NCBI GenBank assembly: GCA_034659915.1
Contig: JAYEID010000010.1
Coordinates: 660 to 64,659 of the forward strand
DNA from: Patescibacteria group bacterium
GTDB taxonomy: Bacteria > Patescibacteriota > WWE3 > JAUXAW01 > JAYEID01
Length of the DNA stretch: 64,000 bases
Direction: 5' to 3'
The notes beneath the pieces were generated by a model. That model was not told where the DNA came from, made no database searches, and saw only the letters and a program-made list of their open reading frames with translations. Of this stretch, positions 19,909 through 29,242 are shown in pieces. How positions within the stretch are numbered: the first letter of the stretch is position 1; every line of letters begins with the position of its first letter. The translations under genes were made by a program, and so were the position numbers.

Positions 19909-20686
19909 CCGTTCAGTGGCTGAAGGTATTTGGCCTTTGAACCGTCTGAACCCTTTACGAATCGAGAAACGGCGGCCTAGGGAAGTAATTCCCTATGGAG
20001 AAATTGGCTCATATCGATGGAGTCCTAATTGCACAATAACCTGTCGTGCGCTAGGATAATATCGAGGGAAGCTAAGTGTACCTTATTCTGTGATGACTAC
20101 AGCGGAAAAAGCTTATATCGCAGGTTTTTTGGATGCTGATGGAAGCATTTATGTAAGGCTTAAACCGAATGAAGATTATCGATATAATTTTCAGGTTGCG
20201 CCATACATTGTCTTTTATCAGAAAAAGAACCAAGTAAGGGTTCTTGAGTATATCCAAAATCTGTTAAATATTGGTTACTTACGATACCGAAAAGACGGTA
20301 TTGTGGAGTATACGATTGGTGATGTAGCTGGTTTGCGTAGTCTTATTGCCATTGTCCGTGATTATCTGGTTCTTAAGCGAAGGCGATTATGTCTTTTGGA
20401 AGAAATATTGTCTCGAAAGGAAGATATTAATTCGCCAGAGGACTTTTTGGCTTTAGCCAAATTGATTGATAAATTTGAGGATTTGAATTATTCACAAAAA
20501 CGAACGGTGACCAGTAAGAAAGTAGCTTTGTCATTGAAAGAAAAAGGTTTGCTTTAGCCCCGTAGAGACTTCTCTAAGTTTTAGAGAGATGGCAACTTAG
20601 GTTGCCATAATACGCCAATCTCCCGTTCGCCAGTTGGCGAATTCGGGATGAAGGTATAGTCCATACTTTTAGTGATAGGAGGTTTA
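19909..20686 (+). mobile_element. group I intron in 23S at the E. coli ~2593 (I-CreI/I-CeuI) site
   Basis: Exon GAGCTGGGTTCAGA|...|TGCGTGAGACAGGTCGG. The 3' part contains GAAGGTATAGTCCA and gccccgtagagact, shared with the 16S intron. Confidence 0.65.
20090..20557 (+). CDS. LAGLIDADG homing endonuclease, single-motif I-CreI-like size (155 aa)
   Basis: IAGFLDADGSIYV motif; sits in the 23S intron at the classical I-CreI target position. Confidence 0.75.
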   Translation: MMTTAEKAYIAGFLDADGSIYVRLKPNEDYRYNFQVAPYIVFYQKKNQVRVLEYIQNLLNIGYLRYRKDGIVEYTIGDVAGLRSLIAIVRDYLVLKRRRLCLLEEILSRKEDINSPEDFLALAKLIDKFEDLNYSQKRTVTSKKVALSLKEKGLL

Positions 20687-20830
20687 TATGCGTGAGACAG
20701 GTCGGTCCCTATCCGGTGCAGGCGTTCGGTTTTTGAGGGAATCTCTTGTCAGTACGAGAGGACCACAAGGGGCAAGCCTCTAGTGCACCAGCTGTTTTTT
20801 AAAGCATCGCTGGGTAGCTACGCTTGTTGA

Positions 20831-20864
<34 letters not shown>

Positions 20865-20885
20865 TTCCCAAGATTAAAAACCGTA

Positions 20886-21006
20886 GCCTGTCCGTAGGAC
20901 AGGCTTACTGATACTCGCTGATTTGTAGCTGATTTTCGCTGATATTGTATTGGCGTTAATCCGTTTCCAATCGGCGTAAATCGGTAAGCCCGCCCTGCGG
21001 GCGGGT
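20886..21006 (+). repeat. 23S mini-insertion family B, copy 3
   Basis: cctgtccgtaggacagg cttactgatactcgctgat...ggcgttaatccgtttccaatcggcg...cgccctgcgggcgg; replaces the tip of a domain VI helix. Confidence 0.65.
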
Positions 21007-21068
21007 GAGAGGTCCCTGGAAGACTACCAGGTTGATAGGCGGTAGGTGTAAGCTCCGCAAGGAGTGTG

Positions 21069-21180
21069 CGGATAGCGAATATACGCGAATTTAATTCTGC
21101 GAATTTTTGCGAATAAGAAAGGAAATTTTCCTTCCATTTGCATTTATTTGCTATTTTTAAATTTGCGACCGATTCGCATC
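21069..21180 (+). repeat. 23S 3'-terminal mini-insertion built of cgaat units
   Basis: Sits between GTGTAAGCTCCGCAAGGAGTGTGCGGAT and CTAGCCGAGCCGTACTAATGACCGAAGG. gcgaatttaattctgcgaat is the reverse complement of attcgcagaat(t)ta(g)attcgc at 12975-12995 upstream of 16S. Confidence 0.55.
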
Positions 21181-21286
21181 CTAGCCGAGCCGTACTAATG
21201 ACCGAAGGATTGAGTATCCTTTACGGGTTTTACAATTTAGAAAACTGCTATTTAGATCTAATGCAAGAGAAATTTGGAAGTAATAG

Positions 21287-21407
21287 TGTCCCGGTGTCTT
21301 TAGCAGAGAAGAAACACCCGATCCCACTCCGAACTCGGAAGTTAAGCTCTCTAGCGCTGAAGATACTGTGCCCTTGTGGCAGGGGAAAATAGGTCGACGC
21401 CGGGACA
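21287..21407 (+). rRNA. rrf: 5S rRNA
   Basis: CCCGATCCCACTCCGAACTCGGAAGTTAAGC core; terminal helix gtcccggtg...gccgggac. Confidence 0.8.
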
Positions 21408-21469
21408 TTTTTGCTTTTGAATATTAGTGAGGGTAGTGAAGTAAGCTATTGCGTAGTTTATCCGTGCTA

Positions 21470-21492
21470 GCGCCCGAGTGGGCGCTTTTTTT
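21470..21492 (+). terminator. rho-independent terminator of the rRNA operon
   Basis: GCGCCC-gagt-GGGCGC followed by TTTTTTT. Confidence 0.65.
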
Positions 21493-21541
21493 GTTGCTGA
21501 ACATTGAAGTCAAAGGGTTTTTGCGGTAAAATATTTTTGTT

Positions 21542-22636
21542 ATGGTAGCTGCTAATTTAGAAAAATTGTTAGAAAAGGAAGAGTTTCTACCCAAACGGTA
21601 TAACCGTGGTGATGTGGTAGAGGGTAAGGTTATAAAGAAGAATGAGGGAGCTCTTTTTTTAGACATTGGAGCAAAATCGGAGGGCTTGGTTAGTGCTGAC
21701 GATTTTGAAGGTGATTTTGAAAAAGTTTCAGAAGGCGACCGCGTTCTAGCTAAGGTTATACAAAGGCGGGGTTCATCAGGCTTGGTTGTTTTATCAGTAC
21801 GTGATGCATCTGATGAGCGTACATGGCGCGATCTTAGAGAGAAATATGAGAATGGGGAGCGGTTTGATGTTCGGGTTACCAGTTATAATGAGGGGGGGTT
21901 AATTGTGGAGCTTACTAGTGATTTGGATGGGTTCTTGCCCATCTCCCACTTGGATTGGTCGCATTTTCCTGTGGATGAAACAAACAGAGCGCATGGAGAA
22001 CTTAGTGGGAAGGAAGCAGTACTTTCTAGTTTAGTTGGTGAGAACTTGGTGGTTAAAATAATTGAAATGAATCCTGAGCAGGAACGGGTGGTTCTTTCTG
22101 AGAAAAAAGCAATGGCAAAAGAGGGTAAGGAGCAGGCGAAGAGCTTTTGGTCAGAATTGGAGGAGGGCGAGACTCGGGTGGGTATTGTTACAGGTATAGT
22201 GCCCTTTGGTCTTTTTGTTCGACTTGAGGGTTCTAATGTGGAGGGTCTAGTACATGTCTCAGAAATTTCTTGGAGCAAGGTTTCTGATCCTGGCGAGACA
22301 TACGATGTGGGAGACCGGGTAAATGTTCAAGTACTTTCTTTTGACACAGATGAGGAGAGAATTTCGCTAAGTATTAAGGCGTTGAAGCCAAATCCGTGGG
22401 AAAAGGTCAGAGATAATTATCAGGCTGGTGACCTAGTTACTGGTAAAATTAGTAAAGTTACACCTTATGGAGCTTTTTTGGAACTTGAGGAGGGTGTTGA
22501 AGGATTGATTCATGTTTCTGAGACTCTTGGACCCCTTTCTACTGGAGAAAAAGTAACGGCAAAAATAATTGAATTTAAACCGGAAGAACAGCGATTGGGT
22601 TTAAGTTTACGGCAAGTTGAAGAGGCTGGGGAATAA
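21542..22636 (+). CDS. rpsA: ribosomal protein S1-like protein (four S1 domains)
   Basis: Repeated S1 domains (GDVVEGKV..., VGIVTGIVPFGLFV..., GDLVTGKISKVTPYGAFLEL...). Confidence 0.7.
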   Translation: MVAANLEKLLEKEEFLPKRYNRGDVVEGKVIKKNEGALFLDIGAKSEGLVSADDFEGDFEKVSEGDRVLAKVIQRRGSSGLVVLSVRDASDERTWRDLREKYENGERFDVRVTSYNEGGLIVELTSDLDGFLPISHLDWSHFPVDETNRAHGELSGKEAVLSSLVGENLVVKIIEMNPEQERVVLSEKKAMAKEGKEQAKSFWSELEEGETRVGIVTGIVPFGLFVRLEGSNVEGLVHVSEISWSKVSDPGETYDVGDRVNVQVLSFDTDEERISLSIKALKPNPWEKVRDNYQAGDLVTGKISKVTPYGAFLELEEGVEGLIHVSETLGPLSTGEKVTAKIIEFKPEEQRLGLSLRQVEEAGE

Positions 22637-22655
22637 GGTTTTCAGATTTTTACAA

Positions 22656-24962
22656 ATGCCACTTAGAAAAATTACGCAGAGAGCAACAAGTGTCCTTCTA
22701 AAGAGCCGCGATTTAAGCAGTACTTCCTCAAGCGCGGTTTCGCCTCAGGATTTCTTAAATATTTTAAGAGAAGTGGATAGGGGACCAGTACCTAAAATGT
22801 TTGATACTTATATTGATAAATGGGAGTGGACAAACGACCCTGTTGAGTTAAAGGATTTGGTAGGTATTGCGTACGATGAGGCAAGGAGACTGGAAAGTTC
22901 ATATGTAGGGACAGAACATCTTCTGTTGGGTCTTATAAGGCTTCGTTCTCCCAAACACTTGGGTTTTGCAAGAGAGGAGATACGTAACCTTTCTGGAATT
23001 CCAACACCGGAACTTCAAAAGGACATGTCTAGTAACACTCCTCTTTTGGATTCATTTGGGACAGATCTTGTTCAGCTTGCCCGAGAGGGGTCTGTTGGTC
23101 CGTTGTTTGAGCGTTCGGGAATTTTGTCTCAACTGGAGAGAATTCTCTTGCGAAAGGAAAAGAACAGTCCAGTGTTGGTTGGTGAAAGTGGTGTGGGGAA
23201 AACCTGCCTTGTGGAAAGCTTGGCAGCTAAGATTGCTCGAGAAGAAGTCCCAACTCAATTAATGGATAAAAAAATTGTTCGGTTTGAGCTCCCCCGGTTC
23301 TTGGGCGCGCTGTCACCTCGAAAGGGTTTGGAAACCGGATTTTCCTCACTTTTAGCTGAGGTTGAGGAAGTTGGTGATGTTATTTTGTTTATTGATGATT
23401 TGCACTATCTGATGGGTAAAAGCTCCATTGTTGAAATATCATCTTCCTTGGTGAATGTTCTCAAAGATGCCTTAACACTAGGAAAAGTTCAAATTATTGG
23501 TGCTACCACAACCGAGTCTTATAATAAGCACTTGGAGTTTGATGAAGCTTTAATTCGGAGGTTGGAGTACGTTCTTGTTAAAGAACCCTCCCCAGAAGAA
23601 ACTTTACAAATACTAAATACAGTCTATTCCCAATTGGAAAATTATCATGGTGTTGCCTACAATGAGGGTGTTATAGAAGAAACCATAAATCTCACCAACC
23701 GGTACATGCCTAATCAATATTTTCCAGATAAAGCTGTAGAGGTCTTGGATGATTTAGGAGCGGAGGTTCGAGTTCGAGAATCTATGCAAGGAGAATATAG
23801 GAAGGCCCGTTCTGGGTTGCGGGAAGTTACTTCCGATTTAGAAGAAGCCATGGAGAAACAGAAGTGGGACCATGCTTTGGATCTAAGGGAACGAAAGAAT
23901 ATTTTGAGAGAGAAGCTTGACGATTTCAATTCTTTACAGGAACGCGTTTCGGTTGAAAAGGGAATGGTTGCGTCTGTAATTTCTAAGAAAACTGGGATCC
24001 CATTAATGGATTTAAGGTTAAATGAGGAGAAGCGACTTGAAAATATGGAAGATATTTTGAAGTCTCAAGTGATAGGGCAAGATCACGCTGTCCATTCTTT
24101 GGCTAAAGCATTGCGGCGTAGTAGGGTTGGTCTTACTGATCCCCGTCGACCAATTGGGTCTTTCTTATTTTTAGGACCCACAGGGGTTGGTAAGACAGAA
24201 TTGGCTAGGGCTTTAGCAGAATTTCTTTTTGGCAGTTCCCATAGGTTAGTCCGTTTTGATATGAGTGAATTTAGGGAACGCCACACTACCTCTAGACTAA
24301 TAGGAGCACCTCCTGGCTATGTTGGTTTTGGTCAAGGTGGGGAGCTTACAGAACGGGTAAGGCAAGAACCCTACAATATAGTATTGTTTGATGAAATGGA
24401 AAAAGCTCATCCTGAAGTTTTAAATTTGCTTTTACAAATAATGGAAGAAGGCGAACTGCGCGATGGCCAGGGACGCGTGACTGACTTTAGTAATACTATT
24501 GTTATTTTAACTTCAAATGTTGGTGCCGAGCTGATAAATAAGGGAGAGTTGGGTTTTGTTGCTGACCAAAGGGAAGTAACTGAGTACGAGAACACGAAGG
24601 AACGCTTATTGGAAAACTTAAAGAAGCAAGTTCGACCCGAGTTCCTGAACCGGTTTAGTGATATCTTGGTATTTCGGTCTCTTAGTGAGGGTGACCTGAT
24701 AAAAATTGTTGATTTACGTATAGACGAGCTTAGGGAAAGAATGAATTCTCGAGGTTTAGAATTAAAGATAACTGGAGCTGCTAAGAAGCTGTTGACTAAA
24801 TTGGGTTACAGTAAGGAATACGGAGCACGCCCGCTGCAACGTGTAATTGAGAACCAAATTGAAGCTCCAGTTTCGGAGAAGATTGTTAGCGGCGAAATTA
24901 CCCAGGGTGACTTAGTTAAGGTTCGAGCTAGAAAGGGGGCGATAGATATATGTCTCGAATAA
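22656..24962 (+). CDS. Clp/Hsp100 AAA+ chaperone, ClpC/ClpA-like (two AAA modules)
   Basis: Clp_N repeats, Walker A GESGVGKT and GPTGVGKT, sensor/arginine-finger regions; ORF track starts at 22617 but the start is probably the Met at ~22656. Confidence 0.8.
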   Translation: MPLRKITQRATSVLLKSRDLSSTSSSAVSPQDFLNILREVDRGPVPKMFDTYIDKWEWTNDPVELKDLVGIAYDEARRLESSYVGTEHLLLGLIRLRSPKHLGFAREEIRNLSGIPTPELQKDMSSNTPLLDSFGTDLVQLAREGSVGPLFERSGILSQLERILLRKEKNSPVLVGESGVGKTCLVESLAAKIAREEVPTQLMDKKIVRFELPRFLGALSPRKGLETGFSSLLAEVEEVGDVILFIDDLHYLMGKSSIVEISSSLVNVLKDALTLGKVQIIGATTTESYNKHLEFDEALIRRLEYVLVKEPSPEETLQILNTVYSQLENYHGVAYNEGVIEETINLTNRYMPNQYFPDKAVEVLDDLGAEVRVRESMQGEYRKARSGLREVTSDLEEAMEKQKWDHALDLRERKNILREKLDDFNSLQERVSVEKGMVASVISKKTGIPLMDLRLNEEKRLENMEDILKSQVIGQDHAVHSLAKALRRSRVGLTDPRRPIGSFLFLGPTGVGKTELARALAEFLFGSSHRLVRFDMSEFRERHTTSRLIGAPPGYVGFGQGGELTERVRQEPYNIVLFDEMEKAHPEVLNLLLQIMEEGELRDGQGRVTDFSNTIVILTSNVGAELINKGELGFVADQREVTEYENTKERLLENLKKQVRPEFLNRFSDILVFRSLSEGDLIKIVDLRIDELRERMNSRGLELKITGAAKKLLTKLGYSKEYGARPLQRVIENQIEAPVSEKIVSGEITQGDLVKVRARKGAIDICLE

Positions 24963-25495
24963 TTTCCAATCTGGAAAGTAACCTGGAGAGTATTTTTGAT
25001 AAGGTAAGAGAGGATGTCGCAAAGTTAAGAACAGGTTTAGTAAATGCTGAGTTGGTGGAAGATATTCCGGTAGAAGTTTATGATTCAGAGATGTCTATTA
25101 AGGAGATTGGTACTATTCGGAAAGTAGGTCCTTCAGAATTGTATATTGAGCCTTGGGACAAAAACAACTTGAAAGAATTAGAGAAAGCGCTCTACCAGGC
25201 TGACATTGGTGCGTCTCCTGTAGCTGATCAATCTGGAGTTAGGTTAAAATTTCCCTCTTTGACAGCTGAAAGGCGAGATTCCTTGTTGCGAGATCTCAAC
25301 GAGAGAATTGAACAGGCAAAGCAGCAAATACGTGCAGCACGTCAAAAAGCAAGGAAAGAGGCTGAGAAGTTGGAACCTACCCAAGGTAAAGATTTTGTTT
25401 ATCGAATGAAAGAGGATATTGAGGATACAATTAGCAAGTTTAAAGACAAATTACAAGAGTTGAAGGACGCAAAAGAGAAGGAGATAAAAAAATAA
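24950..25495 (+). CDS. frr: ribosome recycling factor
   Basis: About 180 aa; LKFPSLTAERRDSLLRDLNERIEQAKQQIRAARQKARKE pattern typical of RRF. Confidence 0.8.
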   Translation: MSRIISNLESNLESIFDKVREDVAKLRTGLVNAELVEDIPVEVYDSEMSIKEIGTIRKVGPSELYIEPWDKNNLKELEKALYQADIGASPVADQSGVRLKFPSLTAERRDSLLRDLNERIEQAKQQIRAARQKARKEAEKLEPTQGKDFVYRMKEDIEDTISKFKDKLQELKDAKEKEIKK

Positions 25496-25531
25496 CTCTT
25501 GTGTGAACGTCTGATGTTCTAGATTACTATT

Positions 25532-26854
25532 ATGTCAAAGACTAAGACAGTTTTTGTTTGCCAATCTTGCGGTGCCAAGTTTCCCAAGTGGCAGGGACAA
25601 TGTAGTCAATGCGGAAATTGGGATACTTTAGCTGAAGAGGTTATTTCCCCAGGGAAAAATAATTCTGACAATATTTCTTCAGTACCTGCTAGTAAGATTT
25701 GCAGTATAGATGATATTCAAAGTGATTTTTCGCGCAGCAAAACAGGTATTTTTGAGTTTGACCGTGTGTACGGTGGTGGAATAGTTCCCGGATCAATTAC
25801 TTTACTGGCAGGGGAGCCGGGGATTGGGAAGAGCACATTACTTTTGCAGTTGGCGCATTCCGTAGCTGCTAGGGAAGAAGAAGTTCTTTTTATTTGTGGT
25901 GAGGAGTCACCTGTGCAGATCAATTCCCGGGCAAAACGGCTTGGAATTGTTGGTTCTCCTCTAAAGTTGCTTCCGGAAACCAATGTTGATGCAATTGTGA
26001 GCCACCTTTCAAAGCATAACTTTAGCCTGGTTATTGTAGACTCTGTGCAGACCCTTACTACTGAGGATCTTTCTGGTGGTGCCGGTAGTTTAGGGCAGGT
26101 TAGGGAAAGTTCCGAAAGATTAAGACGGCTAGCAAAAAGAAGTAATACACCTATTATTTTGGTTGGTCATGTTACTAAAGCTGGTGGTGTAGCAGGACCA
26201 AAGGTTTTAGAACATTTAGTAGATGGTGTTTTTACCTTGGAGGGTGACAAGTTTCATACCTTCCGTATTCTTCGAGCTTCTAAGAATAGATTTGGTTCCA
26301 GTTTTGAGGTAGGTGTTTTTGAGATGGGGGAAAGTGGTTTGGAGGAAGTGGAGAATCCCTCTGTTCTTTTCCTTTCCCAGCGAAATAAAGACTCACCTGG
26401 TTCTGTTGTTACTGCTACATTAGAAGGGACTCGGCCAGTTTTGGTTGAGATACAAGCATTGGCAGCACCCACCAAATTTAAATACCCTCGCCGTTCTGCT
26501 TCTGGTTTCAGCAATAAGAGGTTGGAGCTTTTGTGTGCTGTGTTGGAAAGGCGAGTTGGGCTTAGCTTACAGAATCAGGATGTGTATGTTAATGTTGCAG
26601 CGGGGATGCGGGTTTCTGAACCTGCCGCGGATTTAGGAGTAGTTTTGGCTCTTTCTTCAGCAGTTTCCGAATCTGTTATTTCACCAGAAATTTGTGCTTT
26701 TGGGGAAGTGGGGCTTTCTGGTGAGCTACGCAATGTTGCCCAAAAGGGGCGACGTGAAAAAGAAGGTAAGCGTTTGGGTTTTAGTGAAATTATAGCACCG
26801 CCAGAGGTATCAAGTGTAAAGGAAGCACTTTCAAAAAGTGGTATATCTTTGTAA
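25532..26854 (+). CDS. radA: DNA repair protein RadA/Sms
   Basis: C4 zinc finger CQSCGAKFPKWQGQCSQCGNW, Walker A GEPGIGKST, KNRFG motif, Lon-like C-terminus. Confidence 0.9.
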   Translation: MSKTKTVFVCQSCGAKFPKWQGQCSQCGNWDTLAEEVISPGKNNSDNISSVPASKICSIDDIQSDFSRSKTGIFEFDRVYGGGIVPGSITLLAGEPGIGKSTLLLQLAHSVAAREEEVLFICGEESPVQINSRAKRLGIVGSPLKLLPETNVDAIVSHLSKHNFSLVIVDSVQTLTTEDLSGGAGSLGQVRESSERLRRLAKRSNTPIILVGHVTKAGGVAGPKVLEHLVDGVFTLEGDKFHTFRILRASKNRFGSSFEVGVFEMGESGLEEVENPSVLFLSQRNKDSPGSVVTATLEGTRPVLVEIQALAAPTKFKYPRRSASGFSNKRLELLCAVLERRVGLSLQNQDVYVNVAAGMRVSEPAADLGVVLALSSAVSESVISPEICAFGEVGLSGELRNVAQKGRREKEGKRLGFSEIIAPPEVSSVKEALSKSGISL

Positions 26855-26900
26855 ACTACATTTAGTTTGATTCAGGGATTAATTTTTAGGACTTATTTTT

Positions 26901-27827
26901 ATGAAATTATCATCTATAATACTTCGTACTCTCTTAGGAGTGGCAACTGCGACTTTGGGATATGTTGTAACGCATAAATACCCTTCTCAAATTGTTTTAT
27001 TTGGAATTCCGCAACTTTTTCCCACTATTATTGCTTTTGCTCTAGGTGCCTTTAGTGTTCTTATTTTGCCAATTATTGCCTTACAAATTTCAAGATGGTT
27101 CCATGGACTAATTGGTAAAATAGTTATGGAAAACTTAACTAGGTTTTGGGAAGAGCAGTTAACTAGGTTTAGAGAGAGGGAACTCTTTACTCTTTCCGAA
27201 GAAGCGGAGGAATCTGATTCGGAATGTGAAGAAGAGTTAGGCGGTATAGTTTTAGATACTTCTGTCATTATTGATGGGCGTGTTTTGGATATTGTTGAAG
27301 CAGGCTTTTTGCCCCAACGATTTATTATTCCTCGATTTATTGTTGAAGAGCTGCAAGATGTTGCTGATTCAGAGGACGATATTCGGAGGAAAAAGGGTAG
27401 GCGAGGCTTAAAAGTTTTGGAAAAGTTGAGAAAGAAAAAAGGAGAGCTTTTTGAAGTATGGTCGGGTGATATTAAGGGAAAAGATATTGACCGCAAATTA
27501 ATTTCTCTTGCAAAAAGGCGAGAAGCTCTTCTTTTAACTATTGATTTTAATTTAAACAAAGCAGCTAGAGTTACTGGTGTTGAGGTTTTAAATATTAACG
27601 AGCTAGCTAATGCGTTAAGAATTCCTTTTGTTCCGGGGGAAACTTTAACTATTAAACTTATTCAACCGGGAAAGGAAGAAGGACAAGGCGTTGGATACTT
27701 GGAAGACGGTACTATGATTGTGGTTGAGGGAGGCGAAGAAAAGATAGGGGATCAGGTGAAAGCGGAAGTTACTAGGAGTTTGCAGACAGAAGCGGGGCAA
27801 ATGATATTTGCAACTCTCAGCGAGTAG
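26901..27827 (+). CDS. PIN/TRAM-domain membrane protein, YacL-like
   Basis: N-terminal TM helices, PIN-like LDTSVIIDGR...IPRFIVEELQ, C-terminal TRAM-like GYLEDGTMIVVEGG. Downstream of radA as in Bacillus radA-disA-yacL. Confidence 0.65.
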   Translation: MKLSSIILRTLLGVATATLGYVVTHKYPSQIVLFGIPQLFPTIIAFALGAFSVLILPIIALQISRWFHGLIGKIVMENLTRFWEEQLTRFRERELFTLSEEAEESDSECEEELGGIVLDTSVIIDGRVLDIVEAGFLPQRFIIPRFIVEELQDVADSEDDIRRKKGRRGLKVLEKLRKKKGELFEVWSGDIKGKDIDRKLISLAKRREALLLTIDFNLNKAARVTGVEVLNINELANALRIPFVPGETLTIKLIQPGKEEGQGVGYLEDGTMIVVEGGEEKIGDQVKAEVTRSLQTEAGQMIFATLSE

Positions 27828-28146
27828 GTTGGTAACTAGTAGCTAGTAGCTAGTAGCCAGTAACAAATAGCTCATCCCCCGCGTTGTTGGATTAGTAATT
27901 AGAGACTAGACCTGCCTGTCGGCAAGTTTGTTACTCTCCATTTCTCCTTTTTAATATCACTGAATCCGAAATCGTGAAATAAAAAAAACTAAAAAACTCA
28001 CATAGTAAAACTACAAGACAGTTAAATTTTGTGGATATCTTCAGATATAGGGCTTGACAACTCTTAGCCCCTGTGGTAAAAAGGATTTAGAGCTTCTAAA
28101 TTCGTTATTTACTGTTCGTGTGTAAATAAGTGCAAGGAGGGAGGAA

Positions 28147-29121
28147 ATGAGAAAAGCACTTTTAATAATAGCGATGGTATTTTTTGTGGCAGCTATCTCC
28201 GTTTCTGGTTGTTACAGAAGGATTGCTCCGGACGTAACACCCACAGTACCCACCCAAACACCATGGGTGATTACTGAGGAAACGGAGGTTACGCGTGAGG
28301 TTACGCGGATGGTAGAAGCCGCAACGCACACACCCACAGCCATGTCCCCCACACCTACCCCGGCAAGTGTTCCTCTGGCGGAAGGGTTGTTTCAAAGTGG
28401 AGATCGCTTTAATGCAATCAAAACTTTGTGGCAACTCGAGTCCCGTTTGGGTTTTGAAAATCTCTCCGAAGAGGCGATTCGCCTGATGGAGAGGATCAAA
28501 GTCTCTTTCGAACGGGATTTTCCCCAGATGAATGCGGGGAGACAGATGGAGGGAGGCGGTTGGTGGCAAAGTGAGCTTATCAGGCTCGTAGAGCGGGAAA
28601 GCGGTTGCCAGGTAAAACTGTTGGATTTGGTGGTAGTTACAGAGGAGTCTTCTCTGATTAATTACTACGATCTGGCCGGGCGCTCGGAAGTGGGGAGTTT
28701 TGCTGGGGTGAGCAGCGCTGCGTTGCGCGGCGCACCTGCAGTGCGGGTGACCTTGGTTTGTGATGGGGAGGAGCAGGAAGCTTATTGGCTTCTCCTTTGT
28801 GCTAACAGGTTTCCGCGGGTACCGGAAGTAAGAACCCCGGCTCCTGTGAAGACGGTAACGCCGACGGTTAGGCCTACAGTAACGCCGACAAAAGAAAGGC
28901 TGACGCCTACGCCTAAGGATACGACCACACCTGGTCCTACCCCGTCGCCACAGCCGGCGACGAGTGTACCAACAGCAACGGCGCAGCCGGAGAAGACACC
29001 GACTCCGCGTCCGACTGACGCACCGCCCACGCCCACGCCAGTGCTGGCAACTTCAACACCTGTCCCACCTGTGGTGGATACACCGGCCCCGAACCCCACG
29101 GCAACCCCGCCGCAGCCATGA
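28147..29121 (+). CDS. lipoprotein with Pro/Thr-rich C-terminal tail
   Basis: Signal peptide ending in lipobox VSGC; C-terminal about 100 aa of PT repeats. Confidence 0.5.
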   Translation: MRKALLIIAMVFFVAAISVSGCYRRIAPDVTPTVPTQTPWVITEETEVTREVTRMVEAATHTPTAMSPTPTPASVPLAEGLFQSGDRFNAIKTLWQLESRLGFENLSEEAIRLMERIKVSFERDFPQMNAGRQMEGGGWWQSELIRLVERESGCQVKLLDLVVVTEESSLINYYDLAGRSEVGSFAGVSSAALRGAPAVRVTLVCDGEEQEAYWLLLCANRFPRVPEVRTPAPVKTVTPTVRPTVTPTKERLTPTPKDTTTPGPTPSPQPATSVPTATAQPEKTPTPRPTDAPPTPTPVLATSTPVPPVVDTPAPNPTATPPQP

Positions 29122-29242
29122 CAGTTATGAGGAGAGAGATGGGTAGTTAGCCTGCAAAAGCGGTCTAACCGCCCTTCTTTCATTGGAAGTTAAAAAATTT
29201 AGCTTTTAGCGAAAGAAGACTTTTTATTGGTTAAAAATAATT

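Noticed and set aside
28782-29183. Minus-strand ORFs (28782-29183, 28937-29119) and plus-strand 28964-29146 over the PT-rich tail of the lipoprotein
   Set aside because: Produced by the GC-rich PT-repeat DNA (Gly/Val-rich antisense translation); the sense lipoprotein frame has signal peptide and lipobox support.
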